64,000 bases of DNA, taken from assembly GCF_009914755.1 (NCBI RefSeq), contig NC_060938.1; one strand, 5' to 3'. The notes under the pieces are model-generated. The model was not told where the DNA came from and did no database searches. It saw only the letters and a list, made by a program, of their open reading frames with translations. A program made the translations under genes and the position numbers. The DNA is from the human T2T-CHM13v2.0 reference genome, Homo sapiens. How positions within the stretch are numbered: the first letter of the stretch is position 1; the number at the start of each line of letters is the position of its first letter. Shown piece after piece: positions 1 through 11,490 of the stretch.

Positions 1-249
1 GGAAGGGGAACATCACACTCTGGGGACTGTTGTGGGGTTGGGGGAGGGGGGAGGGATAGCATTGGGACATATACCTAATGCTAGGTGACGAGTTAGTGGG
101 TGCAGCACACCAGCATGGCACGTGTATACATATGTAACTAACCTGCACATTGTGCACATGTACCCTAAAACTTAAAGTATAATAATAATAATAATAATAA
201 TAATAAAGAAAAAAAGAGAAAAAAATAAATAAAATAAAATAAAATAAAA
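1..249 (+). mobile_element. Young LINE-1 3' end (L1PA2/L1PA3-like 3'UTR plus A-rich tail), continues off the left edge
   Basis: Canonical L1 3'UTR (G-rich tract, GATAGCATTGGG...GTGACGAGTTAGTGGGTGCAGC...GTACCCTAAAACTTAAAGTATAATAA). It has GAG rather than the Ta ACA diagnostic. The tail has decayed to (AAT)n and (TAAAA)n at 180-249. Confidence 0.93.
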
Positions 250-284
250 CCAGACTTCAATCAGAACTTAATCTGTGTTTGGTC

Positions 285-286
<2 letters not shown>

Positions 287-318
<32 letters not shown>
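287..318. repeat. (AC)16 microsatellite
   Basis: Read directly. Confidence 0.97.
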
Positions 319-323
<5 letters not shown>

Positions 324-329
324 AAGCAT

Positions 330-722
330 TGTATCAGTTTGCTAGAGCTGCCATGACAAAATACCACAGACTACAACAGAAATTTCTCACAGTTTTGGAG
401 GCTAGAAGTCCAAGATCAAGGTCTTGGAAGGTTTGATTTTATTCTGAGGACCCTCTCAATGGTTTGCAGATGGTCACCTTCTTGCTGTGTCCTCATGTGG
501 CCTCTTTTTCTGCGTATCCACACTCCTGGTGTCTCTGTGTGTGTGAATTTCTTCTTCTATAAGGAGGAAATTAGACTGGATTAAGGCCCATTCTAAGGAC
601 CATATTTTAACTTAATCACCTGTTTGAAGAACCTTATCTCCAAATATAGTCACATTTTGAGATACTGAAGGGTTAGGACTTCAACATATAAATTTCAGGA
701 GGATGTGATTCAGCCCATAACA
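330..722 (-). mobile_element. MaLR solo LTR (MLT1A/B-like)
   Basis: TG...CA termini, 393 bp, typical MLT1 motifs (GGAGGCTAGAAGTCCAAGATCAAGG; GGGTTAGGACTTCAACATAT). 5-bp TSD AGCAT/AGTAT. Confidence 0.85.
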
Positions 723-1729
723 AGTATCCTCTCAGTGCAAGGTGAGGATGGCTTTGGTGAAGTCTTCAATCATGGACTTTCTTGGATAGGAAAGAAGAAA
801 GTTTATGCATGATATTAATAAGAATGCCAGAGATGTAAGATGAGGTCAAGAAAGTTACAGAAGTATACAAATTAAAAACTTTCAAGCAGGAGGATTTAAT
901 TCTCCATGTAGAATGATGAGAAGTCAGGTAAGCTAAGTGTAGCAGTTGTCTACTATCTGACAAATGTCATAATAAAAATAACACATCTTTAAAAAAGTTT
1001 TCAGAACAACCCAGTTTTCTATTTATTTGTCTAATATTATGGAGGGAATTTATCACCACACCGAAATTTCTGAACTTCTTGTCTACTTCTTCTCTCAGTA
1101 TATCTGCCCTTTTTTGAAACATCTTCTCAAATTTCCTTCACCATCTGTAGCTCTTTGCCTTTCATCTTACACTCTGCCTCTTTCTCCGTGACCCTACATC
1201 GTAAAATCTAGAACTCTCTTCAAAGGAAAAGTAAGAGAAACGAAGAGGTCAAAACCAAAAACCTTTGGTTGGGGAGGGAGAATGCCTGATAATACCTACA
1301 AGTTAATTATTTTTCATTTGTCACATGAATAACCTGCATTTTGGAAAATTGAAGATTGTTACTATTGTTACTGATCTTCCCAAAAATGGCTTCAGTGAAT
1401 GGGATTAGAGGCTTCATTAGAATGGGAAGGGTCATGCTGGAACTGAGGCATTGAAAAAGAATAACAATTATTCTTTCCAGATGATAACTCCTAAGGAACT
1501 CCTGGATAGAGAAATTGCCAGAGGGAAGCTAGAGGGACATGCAGGGTACAAGTTTTTATGCTTAGAAAGATTTGAGTAGATTTGCATTCTGAAGAAAAGA
1601 GTCTATTGAAAAGGAGATGATGGTCATTTGGGCAGGAAAGGGAAGACTTGATGGATTATTATCCCTGAGAAGGAGATGAGATAAAATTTAGCTAATCTGA
1701 GAAGGTCTGAAAGGAAGATAATTTTTTTT

Positions 1730-2122
1730 ATAGCAGGAGTGAAAGTTTATCAAAAAGTTTTAGAGCAGGAACAAAAGAAAATATACTTGAAAGAGGGACA
1801 AGTGGGCCACTTGATTCACATGTGTGGTTTGAACTTTGACTCAGGGTTTTATATGTTGGCTTGCTTCTGGGGGTTGCATCCCTTCTCCCCTGATTCTTCC
1901 CTTGGTGTGGGCTGTCCACATGCACAGTGGCCTGACAGCACTTTGCAGGGGCTGCATGTTCAGTGTGCTTACTGAAGTTGTGCACATGCTCACTTGAGGC
2001 ATTTTTCCTTTACCAGTTGAGTGTTCCTAAAGGAAGGTCATACACCAGTTAAACTCCATGACTTTGCCTCCACTCACCCAACTTCTGACTTTTAGTGGGA
2101 AGGTGCTGATCACCAGTTTCAG
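1730..2122 (-). mobile_element. Partial ERV1 LTR (MER50-like), U3-R portion only
   Basis: Reverse-complement paralog of 54316-54716 in this window. ORF-track peptides MHNFSKHTEH...QGKNQGRR and MHNFNKHTEH...QGKNQGRR confirm the homology. Confidence 0.85.
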
Positions 2123-2184
2123 AAAACCAAACACTGCATGTTCTCACTCATAAGTGGTAGTTGAACAATGAGAACACATGAACA
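2120..2184 (+). mobile_element. Short L1PA 3'-region fragment
   Basis: CAGAAAACCAAACACTGCATGTTCTCACTCATAAGTGGTAGTTGAACAATGAGAACACATG matches the L1PA ORF2 end/3'UTR start. Confidence 0.85.
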
Positions 2185-3159
2185 TATATTTTTAGGAAGC
2201 AAATTGAGGCACTTAACTCCTGGCAGACTGTATTTTTCAGGGAAGTAGGAAGAAACGTTCCTTCCAGCAGGAGGAAGACTAGAAATCTTGGGAAGACTAG
2301 TGAATATTTGGAATATATGGGGAGACCAATAGGAGAGGAAATCAAAGTTTTGACTCTAAATAATTTTAGTTTTGAAAGTAGAAAATAAAATGAATCCAGT
2401 CATCTTAGGGCAAGAGTTGCTTTTCTAGTCCTGTAAGTAGCTGAAAATGATACTCAAGTAAGAAATACGAAGATGAACTACATTTTCATTATGAAGATCT
2501 ATTTGTCATGTATAAGTCCTTGAATTAAACTGTTTCAACATGAAAAGCAAGGAGGTATCTTAAGGCTCAGCAGATTTTGTCTCCCCTTTTCCTTTGTTAA
2601 AAACTACCAAATGTAGTAATGTTAGTTGCCATAACAATTGTGAGAACTTCTCATTTCCTTCAAGTGTAGGCAAATGGAGGGTGTCTGCTGTATTTTATTT
2701 TTATGGCCCTACTTTCAGGCAGTGTCAGCTGTTTTTAGATTGACAATAAAAATCCTTATTGCTGGGAGAATTATATTCCTTAAGTTTCTTTTCTCAGCTT
2801 TTCCATTTTCCTTTGTAGAACTGTTAGAGAGTTGGAACAACTCCACTGAAGCTTAAGCATCCAGTGTCATCAGTGGAGAGTGGGACACAGACTGCAGATG
2901 CAGACAAATTGTTGTTTGTTTCTATTGATTTCCCAGTGTTGCAAGAAATATGGCCATAGAGTTGTTTGTTTTTATAACTACTTCTTATATCATAATAATG
3001 TTATTCTGTAAAATTCTCAAGCATACGGTTATATTTTTAACATAATTTCTCTATCTTTTGGCATAAAGAATAGCATCAGAAATGTGCATAAGTCTTTACC
3101 CACTTTTAGACATTTTGGAATCTTAAGCAGACCACTTAATTATCAGTGTGTGACATCAT

Positions 3160-3280
3160 TCTTCCATCAGTTGTTCCATTCCTCAGCACCTGCTTATTGA
3201 ATGCCCACACGTATGCCAGGTCTTATGCTGAGGTTTTGGAGATGTAGAGATGAATGCATAAATCCAGTTCCTATTTTAAA
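3160..3280 (-). mobile_element. L2 3'-end fragment
   Basis: TTATTGAATGCCCACACGTATGCCAGG...GGAGATGTAGAGATGAAT resembles an antisense L2 3' end. Confidence 0.6.
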
Positions 3281-3469
3281 ATTTAGCCTCCATTTCCTCC
3301 CCAGGATAGTCATGTATAATGGTATATATGTACTCAGATTTAATATTACAGTTAGCTTAGGAAAACAAATCAAAAGTGTCTTCTATGCATCCTCAAAGAT
3401 CCACTTGGGGAAGCAAATCAGAGGGTCTTCTATGTACACCAAACATTGCACGCCATGAGAAAGATGCTG

Positions 3470-3640
3470 TTCTTGACACATCACATACATTAATCCCTTC
3501 ATAAACACTACGAAGTAGGCATTACCAGTCTCATTTCACAAATGAGTTAAGTTACCCAAAGTAATTCCCCAGTGGTAAAGAGAGATTTCACCCCCAAAAC
3601 GCTGACTTGAAACACTGTGCCCTTTACTGCTTCTTTGTGT
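3470..3640 (-). mobile_element. MIR
   Basis: TTAATCCCTTCATAAACACTACGAAGTAGG...CATTTCACAAATGAG...AAGTTACCCAAAGT resembles the MIR core. Confidence 0.6.
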
Positions 3641-3699
3641 GTTACTTTGGCATATTAAAAAGATAAAATTACAGAATTTAAGATTTACAGATAACAGAA

Positions 3700-3891
3700 G
3701 AGTGGTTCTCAACTGGGGGAGATTTTGCCCTCCATGGGACATTTGACAGTGTTTGAAGACATTCTAGCTCATCACTACTGAAGGGGTTGAGGCTCCTGTG
3801 CACTGCTAAACACCCTACAGTGCACAGGAGCCACTTCAGCAAAGAATGATATGGTTCAAAATGTAAATAGTGTCATGGTTAAAAAATTCTG
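3700..3891. mobile_element. MER20 (hAT-Charlie non-autonomous DNA transposon)
   Basis: AGTGGTTCTCAACTGGGGGAGATTTTGCCC...GGGACATTTGACAGTGTTTGAAGACATT...CAAAGAATGAT...CAAAATGTAAATAGTG. Confidence 0.85.
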
Positions 3892-4435
3892 CCTGAGAGA
3901 GTACAACTTGGGGACTAGGCCTCAGAGAGACACGATTACCTCCCCAAGTCACCAAATCATGTTGATGTCTCCTGATTCCCAGTCCAGCTCCTCCTTCTCT
4001 CTCTATTGCTGGTTTTGTGCACCATAATGCACGTCAAAGTTACTGGGTCCTGAGTTCCTGGCAAGTGTTTTTTGAGTGTTGCACTTCATTTAAAATAGGA
4101 AGAGGGCCAGGCTAGTCATCAGTGGAATCTGAACCCTTTCACCCGTGATTCTCTCTTCTTCTGCTACTCCTTCCTGGTCATCTGCAATTTTCTCTTCTCA
4201 TAAATGCCTTCTTGTAGCCTTTAGCTGTTCAGTGCCTTATATGTATGCCCTTCTTTCTCTGTAGTGTCTCCAATTCAAAATTACCTTTTCTTTCCTCAGT
4301 ACCTTTCATCAAAATTCTCTTAGTGAAGTTTAGCTAAATATCAGAAAGGAATGTGCAGAGTTTGTGCTCAAAAGCAGGCTGGCGAGTCCCGCCGAGCTTG
4401 GAGCCCATCTCTGCCTATTAACCTATGTCAACATG

Positions 4436-5200
4436 TGTCGACGAAAAGAGTTGAACTCTGTAAAATATTTGAAGAGATTTATTCTGAGCCAAATATGAGT
4501 GACCATGGCCCATGACACAGTCCTCAAGAGGTCCAGAGAACATGTCCCAAGGTGACCAGAGCGCAGCTTGATTTTATACATTTTAGAGAGGCATGAGACA
4601 TCAATCAAATACATTGAAGAAACATATTGGTTTGGTTTAGAAAGGCAGGAAAACTTGAAGTGGGGTCTTCCAGGCTATAGGTGAATTTAAACATTTTTCT
4701 GGTTGACAATTGGTTGAGTTTGTTTGAAGACCTGGGATCAATAAAAGGAGAATGTTCAGGTTAAGATAAAAGACTGTGGAGGCCAAAGTTTTTTGAAGTT
4801 TTCTAGTGGCTGCCCTTAGAGAACAATAGATGACAAGTATTTCTTATACAGATCTTAGTTAATCTCTTTAGGATTGGGAGGGTCTGGAAGAAAGACTTCT
4901 ATGTTAATAGAGATTGTTTAAAGATGCAAATTTTACCCCACAAAGAACAGAGGGGTCATTGCAGGGCCATTTCAAATATTTCAAAATATGGCAAAGAAAC
5001 ATGTTTTGGGGTAAAATATTTTGATTTTCTTCCTTGTCTCATAATGTTATGCCAGAGTCAGGTTGGAAAGTAAGTTATGACACACAGGGTTAAATAAAAC
5101 CCATCTGATATGAATTTATGATTTGTATGGCATGACTCCCCAGACCCTTCAGATAGGAAATAGGAATTTGGGCAAGATAAAAATCAGAGTTTAGTCCTCA
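4436..5200 (-). mobile_element. ERV1 solo LTR, MER4 family (MER4D/E-like)
   Basis: The minus strand reads TGAGGACTAAACTCTGATTTT...CTCTTTTCGTCGACA. Perfect 4-bp TSD CATG (4432-4435, 5201-5204). Confidence 0.88.
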
Positions 5201-5437
5201 CATGTTTTGTAACCTCTCCATATACCACCCACTTAATCTATCCTAGAATTTTATTTCAACTTAATGATTATTTGAATTTGTATGGTGGAAACGCTGGGAG
5301 GTGGGAGCCTCCCTGTTTTCTCATGAATTATACTATGTGGTGATTTCATTCATAGATAATGTTTGCTTTGACAGTAAGCACTGGTTGCCTTGTTAGTCCT
5401 TTCCCATCCAGGGGAGTAACTACTCTCTGCTTTTCCT

Positions 5438-5570
5438 CACCAGGAACTGAATCTTCAGTCACCTTGATTTTGGACTTCCCAGCCTCCAGGACTGTGAGAA
5501 ATAAATATCTGTTGCTTAAGCAACTCAGTCTATGGTATTTTGTTATAGCATCTCATGCTGATTCGTACAT
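5438..5570 (+). mobile_element. MaLR LTR 3' fragment (MLT1/MST-like)
   Basis: ACCTTGATTTTGGACTTCCCAGCCTCCAGGACTGTGAGAAATAAAT...CTCAGTCTATGGTATTTTGTTATAGCA. Confidence 0.8.
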
Positions 5571-5675
5571 GATCCAAGAGGCTCACTCACTTCAAGGAAT
5601 ATCTAGAAAAATTGGGAGACCATGTTGCAGGAGTTCTCTAGTTTCCAGATTTCTTGAAGGACTGTTAAGTCTTAC

Positions 5676-5799
5676 CTATTTTAATGGATAAACAACAAAT
5701 GATTTCTTTTTCTCAACCTATTTGGTCTTTTTCTTCCTGAGATCACCATTAGCCTGATTCTCTGCTTCCCTAGGCTTAATATCCAACTGAAGCACAACC
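5676..5799 (-). other. Candidate spliced exon (124 nt)
   Basis: Minus-strand acceptor T21-CCTGCCAG|G and donor TAG|GTAAGA. Confidence 0.3.
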
Positions 5800-6302
5800 C
5801 TGGCAGGAAAAAAAAAAAAAAAAAAAAAGAACCTCTGGTATTGGTACCACTGTCACTGAGCCCACTAGATCAGAGTTAAATCCTGTGACATCTGGGCAAG
5901 ATTAGAGTAACTGGGCTATCAAAAAGAAAAGCTGAGAAGACACTCAGCTTTTAACACTCCTCTTGCCCCAATTATGCCTAAATATCAGGCAGTATTACTC
6001 ATGTTTTATTTTAGTTTTAATTAAATTTGTTTTATTTAATTGTAAGTCTCAACTCATTAATATAGGTGATTGTCATATTATTTTGCTTCATGCCATGATC
6101 ATCTGACTTCTTACAGGTAAAAGTCTTGGAGGGAATATGACATTAATATACTACTTTCTTTTAGAATTCAGTGTCTGCATTTGGAACTCAGACAACAAGT
6201 CAGATCATTTGTGTTCTGTAATGCAGATATGGAGGTAGAGACAGTTTTAAGTTAAGAAGGGACTGTCTACAAAAGGAAAGAGTGCCACCAATAAACAATA
6301 TT

Positions 6303-6373
6303 TATTTGGCGTCTGAAGCAGGAACTTAGCAGCCTGCTAAGACATGCTAAATTCCTGCTTCAGATGCCAAATA
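6303..6373. repeat. Inverted repeat / hairpin, 29-bp arms (27/29 complementary), 13-nt loop
   Basis: TATTTGGCGTCTGAAGCAGGAACTTAGCA (6303-6331) versus TGCTAAATTCCTGCTTCAGATGCCAAATA (6345-6373). Confidence 0.95.
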
Positions 6374-7029
6374 TATTTATAATTGAATAAAATTCATAAC
6401 TGGTAGACATAAAGCTTTCTATACTCCTTTTAATGCTAAAATACTTCAATTACAATTTAACAAGGTGCTATATTTTGTTGAGAGCTTAAGCAAATTAATT
6501 TTGGGCATCAGTTTCCTCATCTTTAAAATGGACCAGATGAAACAAAGATCTCTTCCAGGAATGAATTATAAATTCTGGTGTTCTATGATCTTTTCTTTTT
6601 GTTGAAAACACACAACGTATTACATTATTTGAGGTTCCTTTGCTGACATTTTGCTCTATGGGGTTTTGCAAACATAATAGGTACAAAGATTGAACTCTCT
6701 AATCATCATACAAAAATGCAAAGTTGGATTAGTAAAGATCTTTGGGATTTATGTCATGGTTATTTTACTCTGTTTTTCAACTGGTTTTTCTTAGCTGTTC
6801 TTTAAATGGAAGAGCGTTACCAGCTCAGTGTAATCCTGCATATAAATGGGAGACAAACCCAATCCTTTCTTTCATCACTTGGATACTGGTTGTGACAGCA
6901 ACGGTAACGTTTGCTTTACTACTAGTTCTGTTGCTAACTAATGTGAGACTTAGAGTGAGTCATTTCATATCTCTGCTTCTTGATTCCATGCACTGAATAT
7001 ACAATCTCTGGTTTCTTTTTTTTTTTTTT

Positions 7030-7460
7030 TTTTAGTTTATCTGTTTAGAAAGGTAAATATATGCTCACTGTAGAAAATGCAAGTGATACTAAAAGATATA
7101 ATGAAGAAAGAAAAATAAAGCAAAATGTTACCACCCAGGGACCACACACACACACACACACATACACACACATTTACAAACACTGCTGCAGGCAATAGCA
7201 TGAATAAGGATGTATATATCTTTACATCCTTATTCCAATCTCTACTTTGAATAAACTTCTAGGGACCAAATTGCTGGGTCAAAGTATACTTCTCTGACTC
7301 AAGATGTCATGTTTTCCACAATGGTGTTAATATTTTGCATACCACCAACTAGCTGTTTCCTCACATCCTTCACCACACTAAATACTGGCAATATTTGTAC
7401 CTTTGTGGAACTGATTCTGAAATCATATCTCACCATTACTGGTTATTGCACATATTTGAT
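7030..7460 (-). mobile_element. Old L1M (L1ME/MC-like) fragment with internal (CA)n
   Basis: AATTGCTGGGTCAAAG, TTTTCCACAATGGTG and CTGTTTCCTCACATCCTTCACCAC are antisense L1M 3' motifs. Confidence 0.65.
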
Positions 7461-9046
7461 GTTATAAGATAATATTTTGAAAGATAATATATTTATGACA
7501 TTGTTATTTCTAATTTCTGCTGATAACAAGATTAAGCTTACATTGTCGTGGTTGGGATAGAATTGTTTTTGTGGGTTTTTTTTTTTTTTTTTTTTTGTGG
7601 ATTCCTTTCAAAGGCATATGTCCTAGCAGTTTCATCCTTTCCAAGGATTCAAAAATGCATTTGCTTCCTTCTGTCTATGGCATACAAGTTCAAGATCTTT
7701 TCCAAAATGCATTTTCACATTGCCTCGTGGTGTCATAGCACCACATGATCAGGTTGTGTTCCTGTAGAGATAATGTCACACAATCTGTACCCTGATCTGT
7801 GGAAAAACCAGATATAGCTTGTTTAAGTACATTTTTTTATTTGTTAGCCTATAAAAGCATAAAAAAAGCTCATTTCAGCTTTAACAATATCTAATTAGTG
7901 ACATTCCCTTTACCAAAGTTTCTATCCTTTTTATTGGCTCTAGTCAAACTATTTTATACGTCCTGCAGAATGTCTCATCTTTTTTATTTCTTTTAAACTT
8001 CATTATCTTTTTGATGACACAGTAATTTTCTTTCCATCTTTTATCTCCCTTTAGCTGACATCTTCACTTTGTCTTTCTTTACAACTATGCTAGCTCTTAT
8101 CCATTTGTTTTTGTAACTTTTAATGGAAAATTCAATTTCTATGAAGTAAATGCTAGTATCTTTAGAAGTACTTAATTAAGTTCTCAAAAGGTTAGGTGAG
8201 CAGATTAAACAAAAAATATAAAAATGTGGCAAGACAGCTTCCTCATGGGACTCTGCCAGAGAGGGTTTGGGGTGAAGAGTGACAAACTGTATTAAACTGA
8301 TATACTATTTTTCATTAATGTCTTCCCAAGAAAGATTCAGGGAATCTGTTATATGCTCTTTACACTTAAGATTCTGAAATATCTATGTATACTGAAGTAT
8401 GAGCAGGCAATATAAGTAATCAGAAAAAATAAATATTGAAAATTGATAGAATTCAGAACTCATGATACTGTATTGGTTTTATGAACAATAACTAAGCAAC
8501 TTTAAAACTATTTTTTTCAGAATTTTGAGCCCTATCAAGGATATATTTGATCTGTATAGTTATTCATATTCTGTAAGCACCTTGCTATTGTGGAAAACAT
8601 ACTGAATTGGGAGCTAGGAAAATACTATAAGTCATCCCTCATCTGATCTCTCATCTGTATTATTGCTTCCAGATCTGTAGTTCTATGATAGTCATCTTTC
8701 CCCTGTTTGTCTCTTCTGTTTTTTGCTCATCAGAGTTGTACCCTTTTGATAAGAGAAGACAATCACACTCAGTTACATTTGCAAATATAATTATATTTCT
8801 CCCAGAAAAACACAATTTTTATTAAATTTAAACCAAAAGAGAATAGAAAGGAGAGGAGGAATAGGTGCAGGATTTCCTTTGTGCTGGCACAATTTAATAT
8901 ATTCTGGAAGCGACCTTTTGAAATAGATAGTCACCTAACTAAATTAAGTGGGAATAGAGAAGCATCATTGAAAGCAGAAGAAATTTGAAACTAAGTGGGG
9001 GAAAGTTTACTGAGCATATCAGCACCAATGATGAAATGCGGGAAAG

Positions 9047-9270
9047 GGAGTATAGCATGTTCTTAAGAATTTGGGTCCTGAAATTGCAAAGACCTTGTTT
9101 TGAAACATGGCTCTGTCATTTACCAGTCGAGTGTCCCTCTCTAAGCCCCAACATCCTAACCTGTAAAATGCAGACAATAACAGTACTTGTCTCATAAGGT
9201 TTTTGTGAAAATAAAATGCAATAGCACATGTAAAGTCCTTAGCATGGTGACTGATACTACTAATAACAAA
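9047..9270 (+). mobile_element. MIR
   Basis: GGCTCTGTCATTTACCAG...ACCTGTAAAATG...ATAACAGTACTTGTCTCATAAGG...CATGTAAAGTCCTTAGCATGG. Confidence 0.8.
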
Positions 9271-9418
9271 CATTCATTCATTAATCACTAGGTGACAGTC
9301 ACTTTTCTAAGGGCTTTCTGTGTATTAACTCAGTAAATGTTTAATTCATGTTAGCCTTTTTATCCTTACACTTGTTATTGGGAAGTAACAAATTTATCAT
9401 AGGGGCTCCCAAGCTTCC

Positions 9419-9456
<38 letters not shown>

Positions 9457-9467
9457 ATATCTATCTA
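9419..9467. repeat. (ATCT)n tetranucleotide STR, one interruption
   Basis: Read directly. Confidence 0.95.
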
Positions 9468-9829
9468 CACATATGCTTGCATAAAATGTATATGTGTAGA
9501 TCTATATCTGCATGTATCTTTGTAGAAAATTAAAAACGAGGATGACATAAAATAAAATAATGCAATGGGTTTTGGTTCTCTATTGTGTTCATTTTCATAT
9601 TTGAATATCTTTTTATAATATTTAACATTTATATAATGAAATAGACCTGAAACAAGAATCTTTCCATGTTCCTGTATGCCTACAGTTTTTACTATCTTAG
9701 CAAGTGCTCTTTTGTTGTCTGTTAGGCGAAGGTCATATTTCAAAATTTTATTTTCAAACCAAGACATAGAACTGCCCTTGAAAGGAAATCTAATGATTAT
9801 ACAAGTAATTAAATATACTCATTATTTTT

Positions 9830-10000
9830 ATATTATCTCATTGAATTATACTACCTCTATGAGCTAAGTATTATTAATCATATTTATAAGAGGGAAAAAC
9901 TGAGGCATAGATATCACACATAATTTGCCACAATATGAGATGAGCAAGTGATAAAGTCAGGACTTGAAGACAGAATTTTAAAGTTTAAATCTCATTATTG
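9830..10000 (-). mobile_element. MIR
   Basis: GGAAAAACTGAGGCATAGA...TAATTTGCCACA...AAGTCAGGACTTGAA. Confidence 0.7.
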
Positions 10001-10203
10001 TTTCATTATTAGTGCTTCACCAAAATATCCTCAGAGCAGAGAACACTGCACCCTGGAATTCCAGAAGCATGGTCTGAAGAAGTAAATTACAGACAAATAT
10101 GTTCTAGAGTCACTTGTATATCTTCAAATCATGTAAAATTTTCATTCTATTCATATTATTTCCATGCTAATTTTAAATAAAACCAATTATTCTTCTTATT
10201 TAT

Positions 10204-10909
<706 letters not shown>

Positions 10910-11391
10910 CTTACCATTTGGTAAAAATGATACTCCAGAAGGATGTGGTACACTTATCATACCTTCATTTATCCTCAGTTATACCACCATAGTCTCCTAG
11001 GAGACAGAGAAAGAAATAAGCATACCTTGTTGCCTTCCTTGGAAAAAAGACTCAGTGTGGAAACAAAAAGATAACAATATTTTGAGGCACTATTCAAAAT
11101 GCACGTTAGGTTAACTATCTATACTAACTCGCCATTGATAGTAATAAATTTTTGGTTTAGAAATTAAGACTATCATTATCAGAATTCTGTATTTATTCTT
11201 AAGCAGATGCCTTGATTCCTGTTTAAGGCTCAAGAGCGTGTACCAAGTATTGCTGTCAGCCTCTTAGGAGTAGACTGAAGCCAAGAAACCTAGGTGATAA
11301 GGAGAACAATGCAACATCCCTTGTGGTGAAAGGAGCCTTTGTTCATTTAAGATAAAAACCATGCAAACATCTGTGTACTTATTTTACTTAC

Positions 11392-11490
11392 CAGTAAACA
11401 GTCAGAACAGAATACTTCATTTAATAACTAAATTCTTATTTTTTTTCTGGGCTAAATGCAATGACCATATGTGTTGGCCACATCTGTACC
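11392..11490 (-). other. Candidate spliced exon (99 nt, stops in the frames checked)
   Basis: Acceptor TTTATTTTTGTATGTCTCCACTATACTCAG| and donor CTG|GTAAGT. Confidence 0.3.

Noticed and set aside
4356-4380. Resemblance to the Gateway attB1 site (...AGTTTGT.C..AAAAGCAGGCT)
   Set aside because: Only 19/25 identity, with no other vector sequence or partner site; coincidence.
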